A stretch of 64,000 nt of DNA from an uncultured Desulfobulbus sp. (GTDB taxonomy: Bacteria > Desulfobacterota > Desulfobulbia > Desulfobulbales > Desulfobulbaceae), in the NCBI GenBank assembly GCA_964545155.1, contig CAZJEX010000012.1:18270-82269 (forward strand), given 5' to 3'. The translations under genes and the position numbers were made by a program. The first letter of the stretch is position 1, and every line of letters begins with the position of its first letter. This document shows positions 46,433 to 56,730 of this stretch, one piece after another. Below the pieces are notes generated by a model. That model worked only from the letters and a program-made list of their open reading frames with translations. It was not told the origin of the DNA and ran no database searches.

Positions 46433-49144
46433 TTACAGAACCCCTGCCACCTCGTCGAGGACAAAGGCCTCAAGGTTGTCGCCAATCTTAAGGTCGTTGA
46501 AATGTTCGACGCCGATGCCGCATTCAAACCCGGTCAACACTTCTTTGGCATCGTCTTTAAACCGCCGCAGGGAGGCCAGTTTTCCGGTAAAGATCACCAC
46601 ACCCTCTCTGAGAACCCTGACCCGGGCATTCCGTTCAATTTTGCCGGCAATGACGGCGCAGCCGGCGATCGTGCCGATTTTTGGAACCTGGAAGGTTTCA
46701 CGGACCTCGGCGGTGCCGATCACCCGCTCTTCAAAGGTAGGCTCCAACATACCCTTCATGGCTTTTTCAATATCTTCCAGGGCGTGGTAGATGACGTCGT
46801 AGCTGCGGACATCGACCCGTTCCCGATCGGCCAGTTCTTTCACCTTGACCGTGGGGCGGACATTGAAGCCGATAATGATGGCATCAGAAGCCGCAGCCAG
46901 ATGAATGTCGTTTTCGGTGATCGAGCCGGTACCCTCATGGAGGCTGCGGACCCGAATAGCCTTGGTCGACAGGCTTTCCGCTGCCTGGCCGAAGGCCTGG
47001 AGCGTCCCCTGGACATCGGCCCGGAGGATAACCCGCAATTCCTTGACTTCCTGTTCCGCCATTTTCTCGAAGAGATTGTCGAGAGAAACCTTGGAAACCG
47101 AAGCCAATTCGGATTCTCGGGCCTTGAGTTGGCGGGATGCGGCTACCGATTTGGCCATCTTCTCATCGGTGAGCACGACAAAGGCGTCGCCTGCCTGCGG
47201 TACACCGGAAAGCCCCTGTACTTCCACGGGGGTGGAGGGACCGGCCTCCGTGACCTGTTCACCGCGTTCGTTGGTCAACATACGGACCTTGCCGCTGTAG
47301 ATGCCGGCAACAAAATGATCGCCGGGCCGCAGGGTACCATCCTGAACAAGCACGGTGGCAACCGGACCGCGTCCTTTGTGGAGTTGGGCCTCGATGACCG
47401 TGCCCTTGGCCTTGCGCGACGGATCAGCCCGGAGTTCTAGGATCTCGGCCTGGAGTTGAATGGCTTCCAGCAGTTCTTCGATACCGACGCCCTTTTTGGC
47501 GGAGGTTTGGCAGTAGATGGTCTGGCCGCCCCATTCTTCCGGGATAAGGCCGTAATCACTCAACTCCCGCTTGACGCGTTCGATGTCGGCGTTGTCCTTG
47601 TCGATTTTATTGACCGCCACCACGATCGGCACTTCGGCGGCTTTGGAATGGGCAATGGCCTCCTTGGTCTGGTCCATGACACCGTCATCGGCAGCCACAA
47701 CCAGGACGACGATATCGGTGACTTTAGCACCCCGTGAGCGCATTTCCGTAAAGGCGGCATGGCCGGGGGTGTCGACAAAGGTCAGGTCGCCGGAGGGCGA
47801 TTGCACATGGTAGGCGCCGATATGTTGGGTGATGCCGCCGGCTTCGCCAGCCGCCACATCGGTTTTGCGGATAGCATCGAGGATGGAGGTTTTACCATGA
47901 TCGACGTGTCCCATGACGGTGACTACCGGCGGTCTGAGCATGGCTGTGCCGCCCATTTCAACCTCCTGCTCCTGCAATGCCTCAACTTCCAGTTCCTCGG
48001 TCATCGCCTGTTCGACTTCGTAGCCAAAATCAGCGCTTACCAAGGCGGCGGTATCAACATCCAGGGCCTGATTCAAGGTTGCCAAAACCCCCAGGCGCAT
48101 CAGCGTGGCAATGACCTCGCTGGCTTTAACGCCCATGCGTTTGGCCAGTTCCCCGACACTGATGGTTTCCACCACTTTGATCCGTTTCTTGATGGCTTTG
48201 GTTTCCGCCACCGGAGACTGGTCCATGTGATCTTTTCGGGACCCATCCTTCTTTTTTCGGCCCTTGCGGGGACGCATAAACTCGACGTCGCCGTCAGGGG
48301 AAAAATCAAGCCGTCCGCGTCCTTTTTTTCCAGCCTTAGCCCCTTTCTTGCCAAGATCCTCTTCTTCGGCCTGGACGGCAACAATCCTTTTTGCCTTCTT
48401 CTTGCCTTTGCCATCGACTCGACCGGTCTCATCCTTGACCACCGGAACAACCGCAGGCGTATCGCTGGCCGCCGGTTTAGGCGTGCGAGCCGGTGGTCGT
48501 TTTGCCATAGGCTTGACGACTCTCTTTTCCGGGACCGGGATAACGACTCGGCCTACGATTCTGGCGAGTTGGCGCGGCTTCTTGATTTCATCACCGGAGG
48601 TCTCTTCAATCACCGTGGTTGGTCCAGGTACATCTTCGGTGGCGAGTGTGGTCGTCGGTTCTCTCGACAACGCATCTGTTGCGACAGCCATATCTTCCAG
48701 GTCAGCAGGTTCAGCAGCCGTAGTCGCCCCAGCGTCCTTTGCGACGTCCTGGGCAATTTCTTCCTGTTCTTGCTGGGCCTTGGCCGCTTGAGCCTGCTCC
48801 TTTAGCTTGGCTTCAAAGACTAGGGTTTCAGCCTCAAAAACCAGAGCTTCAGCCTCCTCCACCTTCTTGGCGGTCTCATCTTTTTCGGCCTTGGAGCGTC
48901 GACGGATGACCGTTGTGGCTTTCGTGGCGGCGCTCTCGGTACGAGATTTAAGTTCTATGCGCCCTTCCGCTGTCCCGGTAACAGCTTCACCTTTAAGTTT
49001 CTTTCGAATATCCGCTGCCATATCGTCGTCTATACTTGAACTATGACTTGCAATGGGATAGCCCATCGCTATAAGCTTATCTGCCAGTTCCTTGCTCTTC
49101 AGTCCGGCTTCCTTTGCCAGCTCATACACACGAACTTTACTCAT
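46433..49144 (-). CDS. infB: Translation initiation factor IF-2
   Basis: The preferred start is [15 protein letters not shown] (49144). The G-domain carries [25 protein letters not shown] and NKID. The N-terminal region is charged and low-complexity. Confidence 0.95.
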   Translation of the reverse strand: MSKVRVYELAKEAGLKSKELADKLIAMGYPIASHSSSIDDDMAADIRKKLKGEAVTGTAEGRIELKSRTESAATKATTVIRRRSKAEKDETAKKVEEAEALVFEAETLVFEAKLKEQAQAAKAQQEQEEIAQDVAKDAGATTAAEPADLEDMAVATDALSREPTTTLATEDVPGPTTVIEETSGDEIKKPRQLARIVGRVVIPVPEKRVVKPMAKRPPARTPKPAASDTPAVVPVVKDETGRVDGKGKKKAKRIVAVQAEEEDLGKKGAKAGKKGRGRLDFSPDGDVEFMRPRKGRKKKDGSRKDHMDQSPVAETKAIKKRIKVVETISVGELAKRMGVKASEVIATLMRLGVLATLNQALDVDTAALVSADFGYEVEQAMTEELEVEALQEQEVEMGGTAMLRPPVVTVMGHVDHGKTSILDAIRKTDVAAGEAGGITQHIGAYHVQSPSGDLTFVDTPGHAAFTEMRSRGAKVTDIVVLVVAADDGVMDQTKEAIAHSKAAEVPIVVAVNKIDKDNADIERVKRELSDYGLIPEEWGGQTIYCQTSAKKGVGIEELLEAIQLQAEILELRADPSRKAKGTVIEAQLHKGRGPVATVLVQDGTLRPGDHFVAGIYSGKVRMLTNERGEQVTEAGPSTPVEVQGLSGVPQAGDAFVVLTDEKMAKSVAASRQLKARESELASVSKVSLDNLFEKMAEQEVKELRVILRADVQGTLQAFGQAAESLSTKAIRVRSLHEGTGSITENDIHLAAASDAIIIGFNVRPTVKVKELADRERVDVRSYDVIYHALEDIEKAMKGMLEPTFEERVIGTAEVRETFQVPKIGTIAGCAVIAGKIERNARVRVLREGVVIFTGKLASLRRFKDDAKEVLTGFECGIGVEHFNDLKIGDNLEAFVLDEVAGVL

Positions 49145-49184
49145 CAAACACTCCCTTCCTCTAAAACCCGCCACGCATGGAGGC

Positions 49185-49391
49185 TCAGCCCGCTTTCAGG
49201 ACTTTTTTGCTTTTTGCCAACCGTTCTCGGCAGGTGCTATCGTTGCAGCAGTATATCCCTCTGCCGGGCAAGGTGCCCAGCAGGTCTTCAATTAACCTGC
49301 CTTCGGTTACGTAAAATCGCAGCAGCTCGGAACGCGGACTTTTTCGGCCGCAACTCCGGCAGGTACGTTCCGGAATGTGTCCTTTGTGCAT
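49185..49391 (-). CDS. ylxR: YlxR (DUF448) family RNA-binding protein
   Basis: [20 protein letters not shown]...PGRGIYCC pattern, located between nusA and infB as in Firmicutes. Confidence 0.8.
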   Translation of the reverse strand: MHKGHIPERTCRSCGRKSPRSELLRFYVTEGRLIEDLLGTLPGRGIYCCNDSTCRERLAKSKKVLKAG

Positions 49392-49396
49392 CAGAC

Positions 49397-50794
49397 CTAG
49401 ATGTCGCCGGCATCCTCTTCAATGGAACCGGCATCCTCTGAAGGCTCGTTTTTTTCGGTTTCGGCGGCGATTTCTTGCTCGGCCTCAAGAGCCGGTCCTT
49501 CTGGTGGAGCCGTGTCGGGCGCTTCGGTAGCCGCCTCAGATGATTTGATCAAGGCTGCCATTTGTAGCATCTTGGTCGCCCGATCCTGATCGATCCTGGC
49601 CAAGCTCATCAGTTGCTCGACGTCCATGGTGGCAAGCACCGCGGCCGAGGTGATGCCGGCGGCGAACAATCGGTCGGCCAGGCCTTCATCGATTCCATCC
49701 ACTTCGGTCAGATCAAGGTAGCCTTTATTTTCGAGATTTGAGTAACGCTGCTCACTTTTTACATCGATCTTCCACCCCAGCAGCCGGGAAGCCAGGCGGA
49801 CATTCTGCCCCTGCCGGCCGATAGCCAGCGACAGTTGATCATCGGGGACGACCACCAAAAGGGCTTTGCGGTCATCGTCGACCACAACCATGGAGACTTC
49901 CGCCGGAGCCAGGGCATTGTAGGCGTACTTGGCCGGATCCGGACTCCACGGGACGATATCGATCCGTTCCCCCTGCAGCTCCTGGACGACATTCTGCACC
50001 CTGGAACCTTTCAGGCCGACGCAGGCGCCCACCGGATCGACATCGGATTCAATCGAGGAAACGGCGATTTTCGCCCGGAACCCAGGTTCCCTGCTCGCTC
50101 CCATGATCTTGACGATGCCCTCGGCAATTTCCGGGACCTCCATTTCAAACAGTTTGATCAGGAATTCGTTGCAGGTTCTGCTCAGGATCAACTGGGAATC
50201 ACGATATTTTGAATCACGGGTGTCCCGACGCACTTCTTGCAGATAGGCACGAATCCGGTCCCCTTGCTTGTAGGAGCGCTTGGGGATCTGCCCATCTCTG
50301 GGGAGGATGGCATCGGTACGGCCAAGGTTGATCACCATGTCGCCCCGTTCAAAGCGCTGGACAATACCGTTGACAATGGTGCCTTCGCGGTCGCGGTACA
50401 TCTCGTAGATGACGTCGCGTTCGGCGTCGCGCATGCGATGGATGATCACCTGTTTGGCCGACTGGGCGGCGATACGCCCGAGGTCGGCAATATTGTCGAG
50501 TTTTTCGCCCAGATCGTCGTCGAGTTCGATCTCGGGATCAAGACGCCTGGCGTCCTCAAACAGAATCTCGGTTTCTTCGTCGAACAACTCGTCCACGACC
50601 GTGCGGTACTGAAAGACCTCTACTTCTCCCAGCTCTTCGTTGAACTGGACTTCGATTTCTCTACGGCTACCGTATTTTTTGCGCACTGCCGAGCGAACCG
50701 CCTCTTCTATGGCATCGATCAATAAAGCCCGATCAATACCCTTGTCTCTGCAGATCTGATCGACAATCCGTTTCAGATTTTCTATTCCCACCAT
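49397..50794 (-). CDS. nusA: Transcription termination/antitermination factor NusA
   Basis: The N-terminal domain IVDQICRDKGIDRALLIDAIEEAV, S1, two KH domains (GACVGLKGSRVQNVVQEL, AIGRQGQNVRLASRLLGWKIDV), and a C-terminal acidic tail. Confidence 0.95.
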   Translation of the reverse strand: MVGIENLKRIVDQICRDKGIDRALLIDAIEEAVRSAVRKKYGSRREIEVQFNEELGEVEVFQYRTVVDELFDEETEILFEDARRLDPEIELDDDLGEKLDNIADLGRIAAQSAKQVIIHRMRDAERDVIYEMYRDREGTIVNGIVQRFERGDMVINLGRTDAILPRDGQIPKRSYKQGDRIRAYLQEVRRDTRDSKYRDSQLILSRTCNEFLIKLFEMEVPEIAEGIVKIMGASREPGFRAKIAVSSIESDVDPVGACVGLKGSRVQNVVQELQGERIDIVPWSPDPAKYAYNALAPAEVSMVVVDDDRKALLVVVPDDQLSLAIGRQGQNVRLASRLLGWKIDVKSEQRYSNLENKGYLDLTEVDGIDEGLADRLFAAGITSAAVLATMDVEQLMSLARIDQDRATKMLQMAALIKSSEAATEAPDTAPPEGPALEAEQEIAAETEKNEPSEDAGSIEEDAGDI

Positions 50795-50876
50795 TGTTGC
50801 ACTCCAGCTCAGGCAATCGATCCTGTTGTTTTCACAGCCCTGACTCGCTGCCTGTTCGAATCAGACGATCCAGGCG

Positions 50877-51389
50877 CTACAGGGTCAAGCGTGCCTTCGA
50901 TATATTATTCAGGTCTATACAGACTTTTTCTTGTTCCAGCGCCAGAACGACGGTATCGCCTTCCAGGCCGCACAGTGTGCCGATCAGCACCCGTTGGTCA
51001 CCCAGGGGTTCTCGCAATTTGATCCGTACCCGGCGATCGGCGAAACGAAGGAAATCCGTTTTTTTCTTGATCGGTCGTTCCAGGCCGGGCGAGGAGACTT
51101 CAAGGTGATAGGCATGGGGCACGAGATCTTCAACCTCGAGATAGGCGCTGATCTCCCGGCTGGCCTTGGCGCAGTCGTCGATGCCGATGCCGCCTTCTTT
51201 GTCGATAAAAAAACGGAGTACCCATCCGTGGCCTTCCCGTCGATATTCGACATCCACCAACTCCATCCCCATATCTGCAAGCAGGGGTTCGGCGAATCCC
51301 TGGATGGTTGCAATCAATCGATCAGCGGGTGTGTCCAATGCGCTTAAATCCGTTCCAGTTGAAAGTCTGAGGAAGAGTCTTTTTCCCAT
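50877..51389 (-). CDS. rimP: Ribosome maturation factor RimP
   Basis: LLADMGMELVDVEYRREGHGWVLRFFIDKEGGIGIDDCAKASREISAYLEVEDLVPHAYHLEVSSPGLERPI. The start is uncertain: ATG 51389, or an in-frame TTG about 17 codons downstream. The ORF-track extension to 51614 runs through the tRNA. Confidence 0.85.
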   Translation of the reverse strand: MGKRLFLRLSTGTDLSALDTPADRLIATIQGFAEPLLADMGMELVDVEYRREGHGWVLRFFIDKEGGIGIDDCAKASREISAYLEVEDLVPHAYHLEVSSPGLERPIKKKTDFLRFADRRVRIKLREPLGDQRVLIGTLCGLEGDTVVLALEQEKVCIDLNNISKARLTL

Positions 51390-51526
51390 CTGTCGGCAGA
51401 GGTGATTTCCGGGAAAAGGCAATAAAAAAAGCGGGCAGAGCCCACTTTCACGTACACCGGCGAATACATCACTCCGATCGATCCCTGGCGGAACCAGCCG
51501 GCATCGGTCCCTTTGCCACTTCAGCA

Positions 51527-51602
51527 TGGAGCGGGCAACGGGGTTCGAACCCGCGACCCCAAGCTTGGGAAGCTTGTGCTCTGCCAACTGAGCTACACCC
51601 GC
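51527..51602 (-). tRNA. tRNA-Gly (anticodon CCC)
   Basis: A 76-nt cloverleaf folded by hand. Acceptor GCGGGTG/TGCCCGC, D-arm GCTC-AGTTGGCA-GAGC, anticodon arm CAAGC-TTCCCAA-GCTTG, T-arm GCGGG-TTCGAAC-CCCGT, discriminator U and an encoded CCA. G1-C72, C2-G71 and G3-C70 fit glycine identity. Confidence 0.9.
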
Positions 51603-51907
51603 TCGCGATCTCAAGGAAAGTAGAGTAACCTAAAGTATTATTCGTCAATTGTCAAGCAACAACAAAATGATGCTCAACATTTTTATTGCTGCACATCCGT
51701 CGATCTTGAAGGGTGGGCGTCAGGGTGGTTGAGGTTATGTCATGGGCAAAGGTTGCCACGATTGTAATCGGGAGGGGATCGCGGGATGGCGGGCGAGCCT
51801 TCCCGCTTCACGTTGCCTTGGCTGTTGCCGGTTTTCCTTCCATTTCAACACAAGCAGAGGGAAGAGGTTTCCTTTACAGATGGGGTATGTTGTGTATAAT
51901 CCCTGCC

Positions 51908-54592
51908 ATGGATATTATCACAACCCATATCGGTGCTGACTTCGACAGCCTGGCGGCCATGGTTGCTGCCAAAAAACTCTACCCGCATGCAGAACTGGTC
52001 TTCCCGGGATCGCAGGAGAAAAGCGTCCGCGATTATCTGGCCCAGGAGTTCCGCAATATTTACGAATTCAAAAAGATCAAGCATATCGATCTGTCCAGGG
52101 TGCAGCGTTTGATCGTTGTCGATACACGGCAGGCGGAACGAATCGGCAAGCTATCGCAATGTTTGGAAAATCCTCATGTTGTTGTCCATCTCTACGATCA
52201 TCACCCGGATGTGGCCGGCGACTTGCGAGGCGCCGTCGAGATCGTCCAGCCCTTAGGTTCCACCACCACCCTCTTTGTGCGCCTTTTTCAGGAGCAGGGG
52301 ATTGTGCCCACCTTGGAGGAAGCCACCCTGATGGCGCTGGGCATCTACGAGGATACCGGCAGTTTTCTCCACTCCTCGACTTGCCCCGAGGATCTGACTG
52401 CAGCCGCCTGGTTGCTGACCCATGGGGCCAACCTCGATGTGGTCACCCAGTTTGTTTCCCGCGAGTTGAGCTCCGAGCAGATCAGCCTGATCGGGCAACT
52501 GCGGCAGGAGGCCTCCTCGTATATCATCCGAGGGGTGACGGTGGTGGTGAGCAAGCTGATCCTGGCCGAGTATGTCGATGATTTTGCGGTGGTCGTTCAG
52601 CGGTTGATGGTGATGGAAAATATCGATGTGCTTTTTGCGCTCCTGAGCATGGGGGAGCGTACCTATCTGATCGCTCGCAGTCGCATCCCCGAGATTAACG
52701 TCGGCACGATTGCCAGGGAGTTCGGCGGCGGCGGGCATGCCTCCGCCGCTTCGGCAACCATCCGCGACATGACCATCGCCGAGGCCGAGGAAAAACTCGT
52801 CGGCCAGCTACACCGTCATATTCGGCCCAAGGCGATAGCCGGCGAGCTCATGAGTTCCCCGGTGATCCATGTCACCCCGGAGGTGAGCATCGATCAGGCC
52901 AACCAGTTGATGACCCGTTATAATGTCACCGTCCTGCCGGTGGTCAAGTCCAGCGGCAGCCAGGAGGACGGCACGCATCCCGCGGGCTTGTTGGGGATGA
53001 TCTCGAGGATGGTGGTGGAAAAGGCCATTTTTCACAAACTCGGCAGCCTGCCGGTGGTCGAATATATGACCACCGAGATTGCCACCCTGCCGGAAAGCGG
53101 TACGCTGGCCGATATCCAGAAATTGATTATCGAACATCGTCAGCGGATGATCCCGGTGGTTCGGGGTGAAAGTATTATCGGGGTCATCACCCGCACCGAC
53201 CTGCTCAGCCTGCTGGTCAATGACCCGGCCAACCTGTCGATGGATCTGCTCCGAGGGGATGAGCGGCCTTCGGTGGAACGAACGCGCAACCTCAGCAGCG
53301 TCATGGCCCAGGTTCTTTCCCGCAACGTGATGGTCCTGCTGCAGGAGATTGGTGAAATAGCTGCCGGTCTGCACTGTAACGCCTATGTTGCCGGCGGGTT
53401 CGTGCGCGACCTGTTGCTGCAGGTCAAAAATACCGATATCGATATCGTGATTGAAGGCGACGGTATCCGCTTTGCTAAAGCTTTGGCGGCACAGCGGCGA
53501 GGCGTGGTGCACCCCCACGAAAAATTTGGCACCGCCACGGTCATCTTCCCGGACCAGACCCGAATCGATGTGGCCACGGCCCGGCTTGAATATTACGAAC
53601 ATCCGGCGGCCATGCCCACGGTGGAACTCAGCTCGATCAAGCTCGACCTCTATCGGCGGGATTTTACCATCAATGCCATGGCCATTCACCTCAACCCCGA
53701 TCGGTTCGGCACCCTGGTCGATTACTTTAATTGCCAGAATGACCTCAAGGAACGGCGGATTCAGGTGCTGCACAATTTAAGTTTTGTCGAGGATCCCACC
53801 CGGATTTTCCGGGCGATTCGTTTTGAGGGACGGCTTGATTTTCACATTACCCGGCACACCGAAAAACTGATCAAGAACACCGTGCAGATGAACCTGTTCG
53901 ATCGTTTCTCGGAGGCGCGTTTTTTCCACGAGCTCAAGCTCATCCTCTCCGAAGACGATCCCACCCCGGCGTTGCGGCGGATGGCGGCGTTCAAGCTCTT
54001 TCCTTTTCTCTGGCCGGATCTCCGGCCCAATCTTGAAATCGACCGCCGGTTCGTCCATTCGCTTGCCCAGGCGGTGCAGGCGATCTCCTGGTTCAAGCTC
54101 CTCTATCTCCCTGACAAGGTCGAGACCTGGATGGTGTACCTGCTGGCGATCATGGGCCGGTCTCGGACCAAGGAGTTGATCAGCTTTTGCCATCGGTTCG
54201 ACATCCCATCCAAGCAGCGGAAAAAACTGATTGCCCAGAAGACCGATGCGGAACGAATCGCCCTTGATATGCAGAAACGTCCATTTATCAAACCCAGCGA
54301 GATTTACTGGCTGCTGGGCGAGTTGGACAATGAAGGACTGTTGTACCTGATGACCATTGCCCGCAAGCGCTATATCCAGCAGGCGGTCTCGCTCTTTGTC
54401 ACCACCCTGCGCAAAGCGACCCCCATGGTTACCGGCGATGAACTGAAGGTAATGGGATATGTTCCCGGCCCCCAGTTCCGGGTTATTCGCAACCATCTGA
54501 TCGAGATGCAGCTGGATGGCGAGGTCAGCACCCACGAACAAGCCTTGGCTTTCATCCGCTCCACCTATCCCATCACGCAGCGGTCGGCCTGA
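51908..54592 (+). CDS. Multidomain DHH-DHHA1 / tandem CBS / poly(A) polymerase-CCA-adding (PolA head) family nucleotidyltransferase
   Basis: The preferred start is ATG 51908 (MDIITTHIGADFDSLAAMVAA, DHH motif I). LYDHHPD, GGGHASAAS (DHHA1), two CBS repeats (about 52830-53230), and then GGFVRDLLL..DIDIV..RDFTINAM, the class II nucleotidyltransferase head, are present. Confidence 0.8.
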   Translation: MDIITTHIGADFDSLAAMVAAKKLYPHAELVFPGSQEKSVRDYLAQEFRNIYEFKKIKHIDLSRVQRLIVVDTRQAERIGKLSQCLENPHVVVHLYDHHPDVAGDLRGAVEIVQPLGSTTTLFVRLFQEQGIVPTLEEATLMALGIYEDTGSFLHSSTCPEDLTAAAWLLTHGANLDVVTQFVSRELSSEQISLIGQLRQEASSYIIRGVTVVVSKLILAEYVDDFAVVVQRLMVMENIDVLFALLSMGERTYLIARSRIPEINVGTIAREFGGGGHASAASATIRDMTIAEAEEKLVGQLHRHIRPKAIAGELMSSPVIHVTPEVSIDQANQLMTRYNVTVLPVVKSSGSQEDGTHPAGLLGMISRMVVEKAIFHKLGSLPVVEYMTTEIATLPESGTLADIQKLIIEHRQRMIPVVRGESIIGVITRTDLLSLLVNDPANLSMDLLRGDERPSVERTRNLSSVMAQVLSRNVMVLLQEIGEIAAGLHCNAYVAGGFVRDLLLQVKNTDIDIVIEGDGIRFAKALAAQRRGVVHPHEKFGTATVIFPDQTRIDVATARLEYYEHPAAMPTVELSSIKLDLYRRDFTINAMAIHLNPDRFGTLVDYFNCQNDLKERRIQVLHNLSFVEDPTRIFRAIRFEGRLDFHITRHTEKLIKNTVQMNLFDRFSEARFFHELKLILSEDDPTPALRRMAAFKLFPFLWPDLRPNLEIDRRFVHSLAQAVQAISWFKLLYLPDKVETWMVYLLAIMGRSRTKELISFCHRFDIPSKQRKKLIAQKTDAERIALDMQKRPFIKPSEIYWLLGELDNEGLLYLMTIARKRYIQQAVSLFVTTLRKATPMVTGDELKVMGYVPGPQFRVIRNHLIEMQLDGEVSTHEQALAFIRSTYPITQRSA

Positions 54593-54706
54593 TCGGCCGG
54601 TTTTTTCCTCGCTTTTCGTCCATTGCTTCTTATGGTTTCTGGGGCGGGACCATCGGGTCCGTACCGTAAACCAGGAGCATCTTTTACAGGAGAACCGTAC
54701 ATTGTC

Positions 54707-55333
54707 ATGAATTTCGATATCAACGCCTTTATGCAGCAACTGATCATCCAGGCGCCACCTTTGCTCTTTGCCCTGACCGTGCATGAACTGGCGCATGGCT
54801 ATATGGCCTTCCGCCTGGGTGATCCCACGGCCAAAAACGAGGGGCGGCTAACCCTGAACCCGCTCAAGCACCTGGATCCGCTCGGGGTGCTGGCCTTTAT
54901 CATTATGAAGATCGGGTGGGCCAAGCCGGTTCCGGTCAATCCCCGGTATTTTAAAAACCCCCGCAAGGATATGCTGCTCGTCGCCCTGGCCGGGCCGGGA
55001 TCGAATGTCCTCCTGGCCATCGCCAGTGCTGCCCTGGCGCATCTCATGGTTGCCCTGCCTTTCCTGCCGTTTTTCATCCTGCAGCCGCTGGTCGCCATGC
55101 TGGCCGCCAGCGTCTGGATCAACATTATGCTGGCGGTGTTCAACTGTATCCCCATCCCGCCGCTGGATGGCTCCAAGGTGCTGATGAGCCTGTTGCCGCC
55201 GGCCACGGCCTACGGATATGCCAAGCTCGAGCCCTTCGGTTTTCTCTTGCTGTTGGGCCTTTTTTATACCGGGATCATCGGCTGGATCATCATGCCGATC
55301 ATCCGGTTCTCGAACAAGCTGCTGCTGGGATAA
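54707..55333 (+). CDS. Site-2 protease family (M50) membrane metalloprotease
   Basis: The preferred start is MNFDINAF (54707). An HELAHG zinc motif lies in the first TM, followed by NPLKHLDPLG and the late motif FNCIPIPPLDG. Confidence 0.8.
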   Translation: MNFDINAFMQQLIIQAPPLLFALTVHELAHGYMAFRLGDPTAKNEGRLTLNPLKHLDPLGVLAFIIMKIGWAKPVPVNPRYFKNPRKDMLLVALAGPGSNVLLAIASAALAHLMVALPFLPFFILQPLVAMLAASVWINIMLAVFNCIPIPPLDGSKVLMSLLPPATAYGYAKLEPFGFLLLLGLFYTGIIGWIIMPIIRFSNKLLLG

Positions 55334-55364
55334 AAAAAACGGACCCGGAAAACTCCGGGTCCGT
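55333..55364 (-). terminator. Rho-independent terminator of the fadD-fadL operon (hairpin shared with the convergent M50 gene)
   Basis: A perfect 10-bp stem ACGGACCCGG/CCGGGTCCGT, followed on the minus strand by T8. On the plus strand the A-run precedes the stem. Confidence 0.75.
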
Positions 55365-55425
55365 CGATTCACCCGCACAAGCAGATGTTTTTCAGGCGGG
55401 TTGCAGGCCTGCGGCTGTGGGACGG

Positions 55426-56679
55426 TTACAGCTTGTAGGTCAGGCCGATGGTCACCAGATGGGCGGCGGCATTATCAAAAGAGCCGTTGATCCCCGCCGC
55501 GTTGGAAACATCGCGGCTCTCTTTGTCGTCATAGAGATAGGCGGCGCCAAGCTCCAAGTCCTTGTTTATCTTATACCGCACCCCCACCGAATACAGCAGG
55601 GCGTCGGAGTCGGGCAATTCAAAACCCAGAGTTGCATCCGGCACCGGGTTCTGGTCAATGGCAAACCCGGCCATGAGGGTCCAGTTGTTCTTGAGATCAT
55701 AGGTGACGCTTATCCGCCAGGCATCGGTATCCGACCAGTTTTTGGTTCTGGAGGTGTCAAAGGCATTGGTCAGCACACGGTTGCCCAGGGGTACTGGATA
55801 GGTGAAATCGAGGTTTTCATAATCGGACCAGTAGGTCCGGTCATATTCGAGCTCCACGGTCAATTGGTCAAAAAAGGTGTAGGAAACCGCCACTGCCAGG
55901 ACGGCGGGCAGGGGAATTTCAACCCCGGTGTCGCCGTTATAGGTGGGGGGGGGCTCCGGGAAGTTGGTCGCCAGGTTGGCATTACCTTCGACCCCCAGAT
56001 CAACTTTTGACCGGTAGGTCAGGGCCACATTCATTTTCTCCGTTGGCCGGATGGAGAGGGCCAGGTTGTAGCCCGCTTCCCAGGTGTCGCCATCCATATC
56101 TCTGCTGGCGGTAAAGCTGGGAGTACTGTTGGGAGGGCTGACCACCCCGTTGCTCTTCACCTTGCCGTCGACATAAATGGCGCGAACCCCGGCACCCACC
56201 GAAAACTTATCGCAGAATTTATAGGAAAGCGAGGGGTTGATATCAAACACCTTCAGGCTGAATTCCTCGGCAGAGGTCCGGGGGTAGGGGTTTTGCCACT
56301 GTTTCGACAAACCGGCCGGGGCGGTGACCGACAAGCCGGCCCGGAAATTTTTATACTCGGGTGAGACCGCAAAAAAAGTCGGTACGAGGAAATTTTCCGT
56401 CTCCGATTCGCCATTATAGAGGGGGGAACGGTTGTCGGTGTACGTAATCCCGGTCAGGTGAATCCAGGTGGCGTCGGCCTCCAGGAGGGTCCGGTTTTCG
56501 AGCCAGGACATGTTGGCGGGATTGTAGTAGCTGGCGTCGGCCCCGGGTGTGTAGGCGACATATCCGCCGGCCCGCGCGGTGGAGTTCACCGATTGCTCCG
56601 GAATGCGATACCCTGAGGCCATGGCCGATCCGGCGGTCGCCAGCAGAATCAGTCCTGCGGCTCCTATGGTTTTGTTCAT
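55426..56679 (-). CDS. fadL: Outer-membrane long-chain fatty acid / hydrophobic compound transporter (FadL/TodX, OMPP1 family)
   Basis: Signal peptide MNKTIGAAGLILLATAGSAMA, then SGYRIPEQS, a beta-barrel-like alternating pattern, and a C-terminal aromatic residue ...IGLTYKL. Confidence 0.8.
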   Translation of the reverse strand: MNKTIGAAGLILLATAGSAMASGYRIPEQSVNSTARAGGYVAYTPGADASYYNPANMSWLENRTLLEADATWIHLTGITYTDNRSPLYNGESETENFLVPTFFAVSPEYKNFRAGLSVTAPAGLSKQWQNPYPRTSAEEFSLKVFDINPSLSYKFCDKFSVGAGVRAIYVDGKVKSNGVVSPPNSTPSFTASRDMDGDTWEAGYNLALSIRPTEKMNVALTYRSKVDLGVEGNANLATNFPEPPPTYNGDTGVEIPLPAVLAVAVSYTFFDQLTVELEYDRTYWSDYENLDFTYPVPLGNRVLTNAFDTSRTKNWSDTDAWRISVTYDLKNNWTLMAGFAIDQNPVPDATLGFELPDSDALLYSVGVRYKINKDLELGAAYLYDDKESRDVSNAAGINGSFDNAAAHLVTIGLTYKL

Positions 56680-56730
56680 GTGTTCCCCCTGTTGAAAGAT
56701 GGTTTTTGGTTGAATGTGCCAGCTCTAGCT

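Noticed and set aside
51390-51614. The N-terminal extension of the rimP ORF (245-aa version).
   Set aside because: The extension reads straight through the tRNA-Gly gene (51527-51602), so the tRNA explains the open frame.
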